A stretch of DNA of 63,232 nt from an uncultured Gemmatimonas sp. (GTDB lineage Bacteria; Gemmatimonadota; Gemmatimonadetes; Gemmatimonadales; GWC2-71-9). Shown one piece after another: positions 37,631 to 45,859 of the stretch. Each line of letters opens with the position of its first letter. Within the stretch, counting starts at the first letter, position 1. The stretch lies in the NCBI GenBank assembly GCA_964521535.1, contig CAZFSA010000001.1:1-63232 (forward strand), given 5' to 3'. Position numbers and translations under genes: made by a program. The notes under the pieces were generated by a model that was given only the letters and a program-made list of their open reading frames with translations, had not been told where the DNA came from and searched no databases.

Positions 37631-38643
37631 GGCTGGCAGCAGGCGCGGCGCTGGGGCTGGTCCTGGCTTCGCCGCTCGGGGCGCAGGAGCCCCGCCGGAT
37701 CAACCTGCTGGCGTATCAGCTGGGCGTCGACGTCCCCGAGGCGCCGGCGCTGGTGGCGCTGGGGGTGGCGCCGCCGCTCCGAGCCGGGAGCGCACCGCGA
37801 CCCACCGGCGTGACGGCGCTCGCCGCGGTTCGAGGCGCGGAGACCGTGTACGCCGGGGCGATCGACCTCACGCCGTACTTCGAGCTCGGCGGCGGGATCC
37901 GGGACCTTGCGTCCTACCGGAGCCGGTCGCTCGGCGGACGGCTGCTCCGGGTACTGACCAAGACGATCGTGTCGGTGGGGGCTGCGCGGTCGAGCGCCGA
38001 TCCGGGCGCTACCGAACTCGGCCTCGGGCTCCGCGCCACCTGGCACGATCCGCACGACGCCGTGCTCAACCTGCCGTTTGCCGAGGAGGTGGCCGCCGCG
38101 TTCGCCCAGGCCGGGGTGCCGCACCCGTCGCCCGACGACGAGAACGTGGTGGACCATGGGGTGGAGCTGGGCCCGGTGTTCGCCCGGGCCCGCCGCACCG
38201 CGCGCGCCCGGGCGGGCGATCCGATGGTCTCGGCCGGCTGGGGTCTGGCAACGCGGCTCGGTGGCGGGCTCCTGGCGGGAGACAGCGTGGGCGCCTGGCG
38301 TCACAGTCTGTGGGCCAGCGTGCAGTACCCGTTCGGACCGCGGTACGATCTGGTCGGCTCGGGCGAACTGCGCGGCGCGTTCCGCACCGGAAGCCGGTTC
38401 ACCGGGGGTCTGGCGCTCCGGCGGAAGGGGCCCACGGCCGACGTGCAGGTCGGGCTCCGGCTCCACACCGGCCCCGCCAAGCTGGCGCCGAGCCTGCTGG
38501 TGGAGCATCGGCTGGGGCCGCAAGTCGGGGCGGTGGCGTGGGTGGAGGTGCTGGAAGGGCGCCCGACCCAGGTGGGCCGACGGCTCGGAGTGGGCGTGGC
38601 GGGACGGTGGTTCGTGGCCTCCGATCGGCTGGCGGGCCGGTAA
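37627..38643 (+). CDS. secreted/outer-membrane-like protein, unknown function
   Basis: GTG 37627 overlaps the upstream TGA (GTGA). Signal peptide VRLAAGAALGLVLASPLGAQE. Alternating beta-strand-like segments. 338 aa. Confidence 0.6.
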   Translation: MRLAAGAALGLVLASPLGAQEPRRINLLAYQLGVDVPEAPALVALGVAPPLRAGSAPRPTGVTALAAVRGAETVYAGAIDLTPYFELGGGIRDLASYRSRSLGGRLLRVLTKTIVSVGAARSSADPGATELGLGLRATWHDPHDAVLNLPFAEEVAAAFAQAGVPHPSPDDENVVDHGVELGPVFARARRTARARAGDPMVSAGWGLATRLGGGLLAGDSVGAWRHSLWASVQYPFGPRYDLVGSGELRGAFRTGSRFTGGLALRRKGPTADVQVGLRLHTGPAKLAPSLLVEHRLGPQVGAVAWVEVLEGRPTQVGRRLGVGVAGRWFVASDRLAGR

Positions 38644-38737
38644 CCGGTACCCCAGCCACCCGCGAAGCCACTCGGGGCCGATGGTCCCGGGTGGTGCGTC
38701 GCGGACGCGGCGCGGCGCCGGTACCCGCCTACCCGAC

Positions 38738-39985
38738 CTATCCGCCCAAGTCTACTGAGGCGGTGTTCCCGTACACCGCCACCCCCGGCCCGCCACCCAT
38801 CGGCCCGTAGCCGGCAAAGGGCGGCAGCTTGTACTTCCGCCAGGTCTCGTACCACGCCAGGTCAGCCTGGATCAGGAAGTCCAGCGGAATCGGGGGGTGG
38901 CCCGCCAGCGCCGTCCCCGGTTCGACGCACCAGGTGTCGAGGTGGGGCACCACGCCGTGCGACATCAGGTACTCGAACCCCTCCCGGACCGAGCGGATCG
39001 CCTCGGCCACGGTCTCGAATCCCCAGGGACGGGCCATCTCGACGCCCGAGACCATGTTGGGGCTCACCCCGCCCTCCCCCATGATGTCCACCGCGTCCAG
39101 CAGCCGCCGGACCCAGAGGTCGTAGCCGATGTACTTCTCCTTGCCGGGCGCGATGATCTGGAAGAGCCGCTTGTCCCAGACCTCCAGGTTGGCGTTGTGC
39201 GAGGTGACGCCGGCGTCGCGGAACCGCCGTACGTTCTCCAAGGGCTGCGACTCCGTGATCATCACGATCGGAATCCGGCGGCCGAGTTGCTCCCGGATCG
39301 CTTCGACGTAAGGGAGGTTGAAGTCGGTGGCATTGTCGGGGCCGCCCCGGACCGGACGGACGATCGACCCCCCGGTCATGATCACCGTGATCATCCGGCG
39401 GGCCGGGTCCGGCTCCTCGGCCATGGCCGCCAGCACCTCGACCACCTTCCCCACGTCCTTGATCGCGTCGGCCGTCACGTGGTCGCCGGTGAGCTTCCGC
39501 AGCTCCCGGAGGTTGTAGTTGATGTCGCAGAACCGGCACTCTTCCTTGTCGCCCCAGTAGTGACAGGCCCGGAAGGTGGTGATGAAGGCGTACGAGTCGT
39601 AGAGCAGGGGAATCACCTGCTCGTACCGCAGCCCGTCCGGGAACGTCCGGCCGTAATAGGCCGGCTTCGCGGGATACAGGGCCTCGGCCACCGGTACTCC
39701 GTTCTCGCAGATCATGGTCTTGCCGTCGACCACGTCGACGACATAGGGGGAGCCGCCATTCAGCACCACCCGGACCCGGGTGCGCTTGAGATCGTAGGGC
39801 CCGTCCCGGAAGACGATGTCCTCCGGTGCCGCCGTGCTCATCCCTTCCTTGAGGTCGTGGTGCCCGGAGATGTTGTAGGAGAAGAGGTAATAGGCCTGGC
39901 TCCGGGATCCGCGGGCGGCCTCCATGGCCGCATCGGTGAAGGACAGGCCCAGACGAAGGAAGTCCTCCTTGAGGATCACCTCCAT
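38738..39985 (-). CDS. radical-SAM-like Fe-S enzyme with non-canonical Cys spacing
   Basis: The real gene is the 3' 415 codons of track ORF 38738..40435 (ATG 39985, MEVILKEDF...). Cys cluster ACHYWGDKEECRFCDI (CX8CX2C), MTGGS, and SHNANLEVWD reminiscent of the radical SAM TIM-barrel. Family unverified. Confidence 0.65.
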   Translation of the reverse strand: MEVILKEDFLRLGLSFTDAAMEAARGSRSQAYYLFSYNISGHHDLKEGMSTAAPEDIVFRDGPYDLKRTRVRVVLNGGSPYVVDVVDGKTMICENGVPVAEALYPAKPAYYGRTFPDGLRYEQVIPLLYDSYAFITTFRACHYWGDKEECRFCDINYNLRELRKLTGDHVTADAIKDVGKVVEVLAAMAEEPDPARRMITVIMTGGSIVRPVRGGPDNATDFNLPYVEAIREQLGRRIPIVMITESQPLENVRRFRDAGVTSHNANLEVWDKRLFQIIAPGKEKYIGYDLWVRRLLDAVDIMGEGGVSPNMVSGVEMARPWGFETVAEAIRSVREGFEYLMSHGVVPHLDTWCVEPGTALAGHPPIPLDFLIQADLAWYETWRKYKLPPFAGYGPMGGGPGVAVYGNTASVDLGG

Positions 39986-40201
39986 TGGCACCCCGGGGTA
40001 ACGGCGTGCGTATTGTTCGACCGTGGGGTCGGCGGTGTGCTGGGTCAGGTTGTCCCCGCTGCTGGCGGTGGCGGACCGGGCGGGCGAGCTTTCCGCAGAG
40101 AACGATAGCTTGCGGGTTGGGGGGCTCGGGGTCTTGTCCGGAGCGAACCTGCTGGCCGCGGCAAACCTGGCCGAGTTGCCGCCATCCAAGGAGGCGTCCA
40201 G

Positions 40202-41020
40202 ATGTCGGCGCACGTTATCCCGGTGGCCCCCGGCGCCCGCCGGGCTGGGCTGGACGCGGGCGGCTTTTCGCTCACCGAGGCCTGGTATGGCGCGGGCCGG
40301 ACCCTCCCGCCCCACGCTCACCAGAAGCCCGTCCTGACCTTCATCCTGGATGGGCTGGTCCACGAGCAGTCGGGGTCGGAGCGGGAGACCTGCGGGCCGC
40401 TGGATCTGCTGGCCATTCCCGCCGGGGAGCCCCACAGCGAGACCTTCCCGGGCCCGGGCAGCCGCTGCCTCATCATCGAGGTGTCGCCGGAGCGGACGGC
40501 CCAGATTCGCTCCGTTTCCCCGCTTCTGGACCGGCGGTCGCGCCTCTCAGGCCCGTCGGTGGCGGGCATGGCGCTCCAGGCCTACCGGGAATTGTGCCAC
40601 CCGGACGACGTGGCGCCGCTCGCCATCGAAGGCCTGGTGCTCCAGCTTTCCGCGCTCGCCGCTCGCCACCCTCGACGTGCGGTCCGAGCGGTGGAGCCGC
40701 CATGGCTGGAGCGGGTTCGGGATGCGATCCACGGCGGGTTTCGCCGGCCGCTCTCGATCGGGGAGCTGGCGCTCGAGGCCGGGGTGCACCCGGTCTACCT
40801 AGCCCGGGCGTTTCGGAAGCGGTACGGGTGCTCCCCGGCCGAGTACGTCCGACGGCTCCGGGTGGACGCGGCGAGCGAGGCGCTGGCGCGATCGGATCGC
40901 CCGCTGGCCCAGGTGGCCCTGGAGGCGGGCTTTGCGGACCAGAGCCACTTCTCGCGCCAGTTCCGGCGGCTCACAGGGATGAGTCCGGGACGCTTCCGGG
41001 CCTGCCAACGGCTACAGTGA
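40202..41020 (+). CDS. AraC family transcriptional regulator (cupin + HTH)
   Basis: C-terminal SIGELALEAGVHPVYLARAFRKRYGCSPAEYVRRLR...VALEAGFADQSHFSRQFRRLTGMSPGRFR. Confidence 0.9.
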   Translation: MSAHVIPVAPGARRAGLDAGGFSLTEAWYGAGRTLPPHAHQKPVLTFILDGLVHEQSGSERETCGPLDLLAIPAGEPHSETFPGPGSRCLIIEVSPERTAQIRSVSPLLDRRSRLSGPSVAGMALQAYRELCHPDDVAPLAIEGLVLQLSALAARHPRRAVRAVEPPWLERVRDAIHGGFRRPLSIGELALEAGVHPVYLARAFRKRYGCSPAEYVRRLRVDAASEALARSDRPLAQVALEAGFADQSHFSRQFRRLTGMSPGRFRACQRLQ

Positions 41021-41367
41021 TGACCGCCGAGCGGACCCGGGGCTCCCACCCCGCGATCGCATGTACCCTCACCCCGGAGCAGCTCGCGGCCGCGCGAGGC
41101 GCGCTCCTGCCGGGACTGCTGGTCAGGGCGCGGGCACGGGAGCCGATCCCCGGTGGCTTTCGGTGGCGGTTCGAGCCGGACGCCGGTCTCCTCCATGACG
41201 CCGCGGCGATGATCGAGGCGGAGCGGCGCTGCTGTCGATTCCTGAGCTTCGCCTTGCGGATCGAGGCGGATGGAGGCCCGATCTGGCTCGACGTCACCGG
41301 GCCCCCGGGGACCCAAGACTTTCTGACCACCTTGCTCCGGACCGCCGCGCCGCCACCGCATGGCTGA
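41020..41367 (+). CDS. hypothetical protein with CC motif
   Basis: ATG 41020 overlaps the araC-like stop. Product [22 protein letters not shown]...[32 protein letters not shown], 115 aa. Family not recognised. Confidence 0.55.
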   Translation: MTAERTRGSHPAIACTLTPEQLAAARGALLPGLLVRARAREPIPGGFRWRFEPDAGLLHDAAAMIEAERRCCRFLSFALRIEADGGPIWLDVTGPPGTQDFLTTLLRTAAPPPHG

Positions 41368-41698
41368 AGCGTTCCTCAGGACGACGGGCTTCTATGTCCT
41401 CGCCGCATTCTTCGAGATCGCAGGGTGCTTCGCGTTCTGGATGTGGCTTCGCCTGAACCGATCGCCCTGGTGGAGCCTCGCGGGGACCGCGAGCCTGATT
41501 CTCTTCGCCCTGTGTCTGACCCGGATCGACTCGGCCCATGCAGGAAGGGCCTTCGCGGCGTACGGCGGCATCTACATCGCCGCATCGCTCCTCTGGCTCC
41601 GGATCGTCGAGGACGCGCGGCCGGACCGCTGGGACGCGATCGGCGCCGGGCTTTGTGTGCTCGGCGCGGCGGTGATCATCTGGGGGCCGCGGTCCTGA
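41360..41698 (+). CDS. ynfA: YnfA family (UPF0060) small membrane protein
   Basis: [21 protein letters not shown]...[13 protein letters not shown]... matches the YnfA pattern. 112 aa, 8-nt overlap with the upstream gene. Confidence 0.85.
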   Translation: MAEAFLRTTGFYVLAAFFEIAGCFAFWMWLRLNRSPWWSLAGTASLILFALCLTRIDSAHAGRAFAAYGGIYIAASLLWLRIVEDARPDRWDAIGAGLCVLGAAVIIWGPRS

Positions 41699-41740
41699 CG
41701 GCACTCCGCCGGCCCGACATGCGCCGGGGGGGGGGCCAGG

Positions 41741-43006
41741 TCAGGAGGGACTCAACACCAGTCCACGCCAGACGCTCCGCCCCACGGGCCGCCCTGCTGC
41801 ATCGGTAGCCACCACTCGCCACCGAAGATCCCCCGTCAACCGCTCGCGGAGCCAGGGCGGCGCGCGGTACCCCGCAGTGCCCGCCGAGGCCAGGGCGCTG
41901 AACACCTGCTCGCCCCGCGTCGTTTCGATCTCCACCCGGTAGAGCGCGGCATGGGGCGTCTCCTGCCAGGTGAACACCAGCGGCGCGTCGGCGGCCACCG
42001 GGCCGTCGGCGGCGGGTGTGAGCAGCGTGATCGCCTCACGACCGTTCTCGGGAGCGGCGATCCCGCCGCCACTTCCCACCACATAACGCAGCACCGGCAT
42101 CGGGAACCCTGCCACCGCGCCTGACGGGACCACGCCCGATCCCGCGCCCACCGCCCCGAGGTTCGAGTCGCCCTCCTTCTCGGTCACCGCCTCGATCCGG
42201 AGCAGCACGTGGTAGACGCCGTCCGTGGCCGTGGGCAGGCGGTCAGGATCCGGACCGGCCAGCACCACGCTGCCGGTGGGCGGCAGGAAGAGGTTGAAAC
42301 GCGAGAGCTGGGTATACCGCCGCTGGGTTCCGCGGCGCTCCTGCGGCAGCGTGCCCTCGGTGAGCAGATCCTCCGGTGTCGGCAGCTCCTCGCCGGGGAG
42401 CACCACTTCCCATCGACCCACCAGCCGGCCGGTGCCGGTGTAGGCGATCCGGGCCTCGAGCCCGGGCGCGGGCTCGCCCTGCGCCACCTGGAGCACGGGG
42501 AGGTCGGGCACGAAAGCCAGACGGACGTCGGTGAGCGCCAGCGGGCTTCGCGCCCCGCCGCCGGTGAGCCGGCAGGTGACGGCCACGTACTGATCGACCC
42601 CACCGGTAAGGCTCCGGAATCGCCGCACGTAGAAGAAGGCCGACGCCGCGCCCGAGGCCGCCGCCTGGTACGCCCGCCGAGCCACCGAGGGCGGAATCGT
42701 CATGATGTCGGTGAGGCCGCCCAGCCCGCTCGCGGCGGAGCGGTCGTAGCGGATCGGCAGCGAGCCGAAGATGGTGCCGGGGTCGCACCGGAGCCCGATC
42801 GCCGGACTCGCCGGGATCAGCTCGCCGCACCAGAACGCCTCGGCCGCTTCGTACCCGGCGAGCCCGCCGAAGGTGAGGAACACGGTGGTGGCGCCCTGGG
42901 CGTTCACGTTGACGCCGGTGGGGTTCACCCGGATCTGCGCCGCGGCACCCGTCACCGACCCGGCGACCGCCGCGAGCACGAGGACCAGCAGTCGGAGTTT
43001 GGGCAT
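41741..43006 (-). CDS. secreted protein, unknown function
   Basis: 421 aa with signal peptide MPKLRLLVLVLAAVAGSVTGAAAQ. Starts 4 nt after the upstream barrel gene. Confidence 0.7.
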   Translation of the reverse strand: MPKLRLLVLVLAAVAGSVTGAAAQIRVNPTGVNVNAQGATTVFLTFGGLAGYEAAEAFWCGELIPASPAIGLRCDPGTIFGSLPIRYDRSAASGLGGLTDIMTIPPSVARRAYQAAASGAASAFFYVRRFRSLTGGVDQYVAVTCRLTGGGARSPLALTDVRLAFVPDLPVLQVAQGEPAPGLEARIAYTGTGRLVGRWEVVLPGEELPTPEDLLTEGTLPQERRGTQRRYTQLSRFNLFLPPTGSVVLAGPDPDRLPTATDGVYHVLLRIEAVTEKEGDSNLGAVGAGSGVVPSGAVAGFPMPVLRYVVGSGGGIAAPENGREAITLLTPAADGPVAADAPLVFTWQETPHAALYRVEIETTRGEQVFSALASAGTAGYRAPPWLRERLTGDLRWRVVATDAAGRPVGRSVWRGLVLSPS

Positions 43007-43009
43007 AGG

Positions 43010-45103
43010 TCAGTAGAGCCGGATCGAGGCGCCGGCGTTGAGGGTCCAGACCAGACGGGGCAGCGACGGCGTGGCGCCTGCCGCCAGCGGGTAGAACGCC
43101 GCCCGGGTCCGGGCATAGCGGAGGAACACCCGGGCCTGGGTTCCGCCGTCGGTCCGCCGGTAGAGGTCGAGCCCCTGAGACAGCTCGGCCTGAAGCTCGG
43201 TGTTGCGGCTCCGCTGGTCGCCGAAGGGCTCGTAGCCCCAGGCCTGGGAGAGCGCGCCCGAGAGGGTGGTGGTCCGGGTGAGTGACACCTGCGCGTTGGC
43301 GCCCACCCGTTCGGTCCGCTGGGTGGTGCCGAACTCGAAGTTCTTCTGCCGCTCGACGCTCGCATCCAGGCCGCCGTTGATCCCCCGCCACGGCGGCAGG
43401 CCGAGCGACAGGCCGTGGACGATGGCCCGGAAGTCAGCCCGCTCCCGGCCCGGCTGGCGGTTGTCCTGGAACGACTGGTTCCAGCGGTAGGCCAGGTTCC
43501 AGGCCCCCGAGGTCCAGGTGGCCGAGCCTGTCTGGTTGGTGCTCCACTGGTCGGGCACGTGCGAGGCCGCGAATTCTCCGTTCACCGGCACCCCTTCACC
43601 GTACTGGCGGGTGCGCTGCCAGGCGTAGGACAGCGCGGGCCAGAACCAGGCCGTGGGTGCGGCGCCGAGAAGCTGACCCAGGGGAACGGCCACGCTCGCA
43701 CCGCGGGCGCGGGTGTGGGAGGTGAGGATCGACGGAATCCCGGCCAGGTTGTCGCGGCCGTTGGAGAGCGAGGCCTGGAGCGCCAGCGGACCCAGGCTGC
43801 CGGTCAGGTCCAGGGCGTTGGTCTCCCGGTCGGCCTGCACCCAGGCGCCAATGCTCCGGTAGAGCGGATCGACTCGCTCGTGCCGTGCTGCCGCGCCCAG
43901 CGAGGCAAGGGTCCCGGACCAGAGCCTCACTCCCTGGAGCAGTTGAAGGGCCAGCTCGCCGTAGCGGGCGCTTCGAGTCTCGGCCCGCACCGCCACCACC
44001 GCGGTATCGCCGAACAGCAGAGCGTCGGCCGGGTTCACGAATCGCGATCGGGTAAACCCGCCGGCCACCCGGATCCGCTGGCGGGCGTCGCTCAACGCCA
44101 CCTGCACGCCGAGGCCGCGGCTCTCCTCGGCGTCGGTGACCGAGCCCTGGGTGAACCCGCTCCGCGGCAGCAGCGAGCCGTCGAGTCCGGAGATGTCGAG
44201 ATGAATCGCCCCGGGGCGGCTCGGCAGCAGCTCCAGGCTGAGCGTCGCGGCCGCCAGGCGGTGGTCGGGCTGCGCCAGGCCGAACGGGTTGCTCCAGCCC
44301 ACCACGTTGCTCCCGTTCAGCACCGCCGCCTCCAGCTCCGCCCCGCGCCAGAGCTGGGCGCCGGCCATGAGGCCGCGGCTCGAGAACCCGCTCACCAGGT
44401 GCCGGTTGGCGCCTGTCGCCAGGTGGCCCAGGCCCAGCCGCGCGCCGCCGCGCGCGAGCCGGACCTGGTAGTCGGCCAGATCCAACGCCGGGGCGTCGAG
44501 CTGTCGTTCGCCCCAGCGGAGCCGCTGGGTCTCTTCGGTGACGCCCAGCGCGTTGCCCCGGAACGCCAGTTCCCAGCCGCTTCGGGAGAGCGCGCTCTCC
44601 AGACCCAGCCGGAAGGTCAGATCCTGGTAGGTGCGCCGGGGCGGGGCCGGATCGCCGTGCGGCACCCGCTGGTCGAGCTGGCCGGTGCTGGTGAGATCGA
44701 GGCTTGGTACCGTCCGCGACCGCTCCAGCCCGCCGCGGGTGAGCACCCGGAGCGGTGCGCGACCCACTTCCTGCCAGGCACCGTCGGCGGTCACCAGGTA
44801 GGCCACCACCTCCGACTCGCCGGTCGGCAGCCGCCAGGCGGTGGGCCGGTAGCGGGCCCGCCGGCCGCGCACTTCCAGTTCCGCGGACACGTCGGTGTTG
44901 GCCACGATGACGGCCAGGCGTTCGTCCTGGCGCAGGTCCCGGCTCAGGGTGAGATCGACGGGTGCTCGGCCCGAGCGATAGCGGTCGGGCGTCCAGGCCG
45001 GGGTGACGGCCAGGTCCTGTGCCGTGGCGGCGGGAGCCAGGGCGCCCACCAGGGCGGTCAGGATCAGCAGGGTGCGAGGGGTCATGGCACCGGCTCCCGT
45101 CAT
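43010..45103 (-). CDS. outer-membrane beta-barrel-like protein, unknown function
   Basis: 697 aa with a signal peptide (alternative start ATG 45085). Alternating amphipathic strands, C-terminal ...NAGASIRLY (aromatic terminus). Confidence 0.72.
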   Translation of the reverse strand: MTGAGAMTPRTLLILTALVGALAPAATAQDLAVTPAWTPDRYRSGRAPVDLTLSRDLRQDERLAVIVANTDVSAELEVRGRRARYRPTAWRLPTGESEVVAYLVTADGAWQEVGRAPLRVLTRGGLERSRTVPSLDLTSTGQLDQRVPHGDPAPPRRTYQDLTFRLGLESALSRSGWELAFRGNALGVTEETQRLRWGERQLDAPALDLADYQVRLARGGARLGLGHLATGANRHLVSGFSSRGLMAGAQLWRGAELEAAVLNGSNVVGWSNPFGLAQPDHRLAAATLSLELLPSRPGAIHLDISGLDGSLLPRSGFTQGSVTDAEESRGLGVQVALSDARQRIRVAGGFTRSRFVNPADALLFGDTAVVAVRAETRSARYGELALQLLQGVRLWSGTLASLGAAARHERVDPLYRSIGAWVQADRETNALDLTGSLGPLALQASLSNGRDNLAGIPSILTSHTRARGASVAVPLGQLLGAAPTAWFWPALSYAWQRTRQYGEGVPVNGEFAASHVPDQWSTNQTGSATWTSGAWNLAYRWNQSFQDNRQPGRERADFRAIVHGLSLGLPPWRGINGGLDASVERQKNFEFGTTQRTERVGANAQVSLTRTTTLSGALSQAWGYEPFGDQRSRNTELQAELSQGLDLYRRTDGGTQARVFLRYARTRAAFYPLAAGATPSLPRLVWTLNAGASIRLY

Positions 45104-45859
45104 CCAGGCGATGGGAATGGAGCGCGCCCGCGACCGTGCCGGCTCCCGTGCCGGACCGGGTCAGAGGCTCCGTCCCGAAGCTCGGAAACCCGACGGGTGT
45201 CGGATTACGGGGGGGAACGGGCGACGCCTCGAACCGGGCGGGCGACACTTCAAGAGCGACGGTTCGGGGCGGAACTGGACATCGTGGCGTCGCGGCGGGT
45301 GCCGGGGGGTCAGGTGACCCGGTACGACGCCTGAGGGGGTGGGCGTGGTGCTCGCGGTGACCGGACGGACGGAGCGGATCCGAGGCGTGGGGCACGCCGG
45401 GCCCCCGCTGGGCGTTTCCGCGCGCGGCCCGCAGCCTAAGTCCCACAGGCTGCGAGCCGCGGTCAGGGCGCAACTCGAGGGGTAGCAGCGGGTTGTGAGG
45501 ACAGGAGGCCGGCCGAGGGGGCGGGTTATTCCTGCGAGCCCTTGCAGCATAAGGTGGAGCCACATTCGCTGCAGGACCACGTAACCTCCTGTGGGGCCGA
45601 CAATTCCGGGCCGCAGTGAGCTGGCGGCCCATAGTGACTTGGGCAGCGGGCTCTGAAGGGTGTGCGACTTATGCGGCAGGCCATGCAACCACGCGCGGTG
45701 GCTCCGTCCAGCCGGTGGTTCGGGAAGTGCTATCTTGGCAGGTACTTAGGCGCGCCGTCGAGTCATCCGACGGGAGCTTGGTGCAGGCGGAACTGGCGCG
45801 TTCCGCTCACCCAGGTGATAGGATTCCGCAGTCTAATCACAGTTAGCTCTCAGGGGTGA

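Noticed and set aside
45520-45600. Possible tRNA/tmRNA 3' end (minus-strand …GAATGTGGCTCCACC…) that could mark an integration site for the island.
   Set aside because: I could not build a T-arm (no TTCGA/TTCAA loop with complementary 5-bp stems), an acceptor stem partner or a CCA context. The GCTCCACC resemblance is likely chance.
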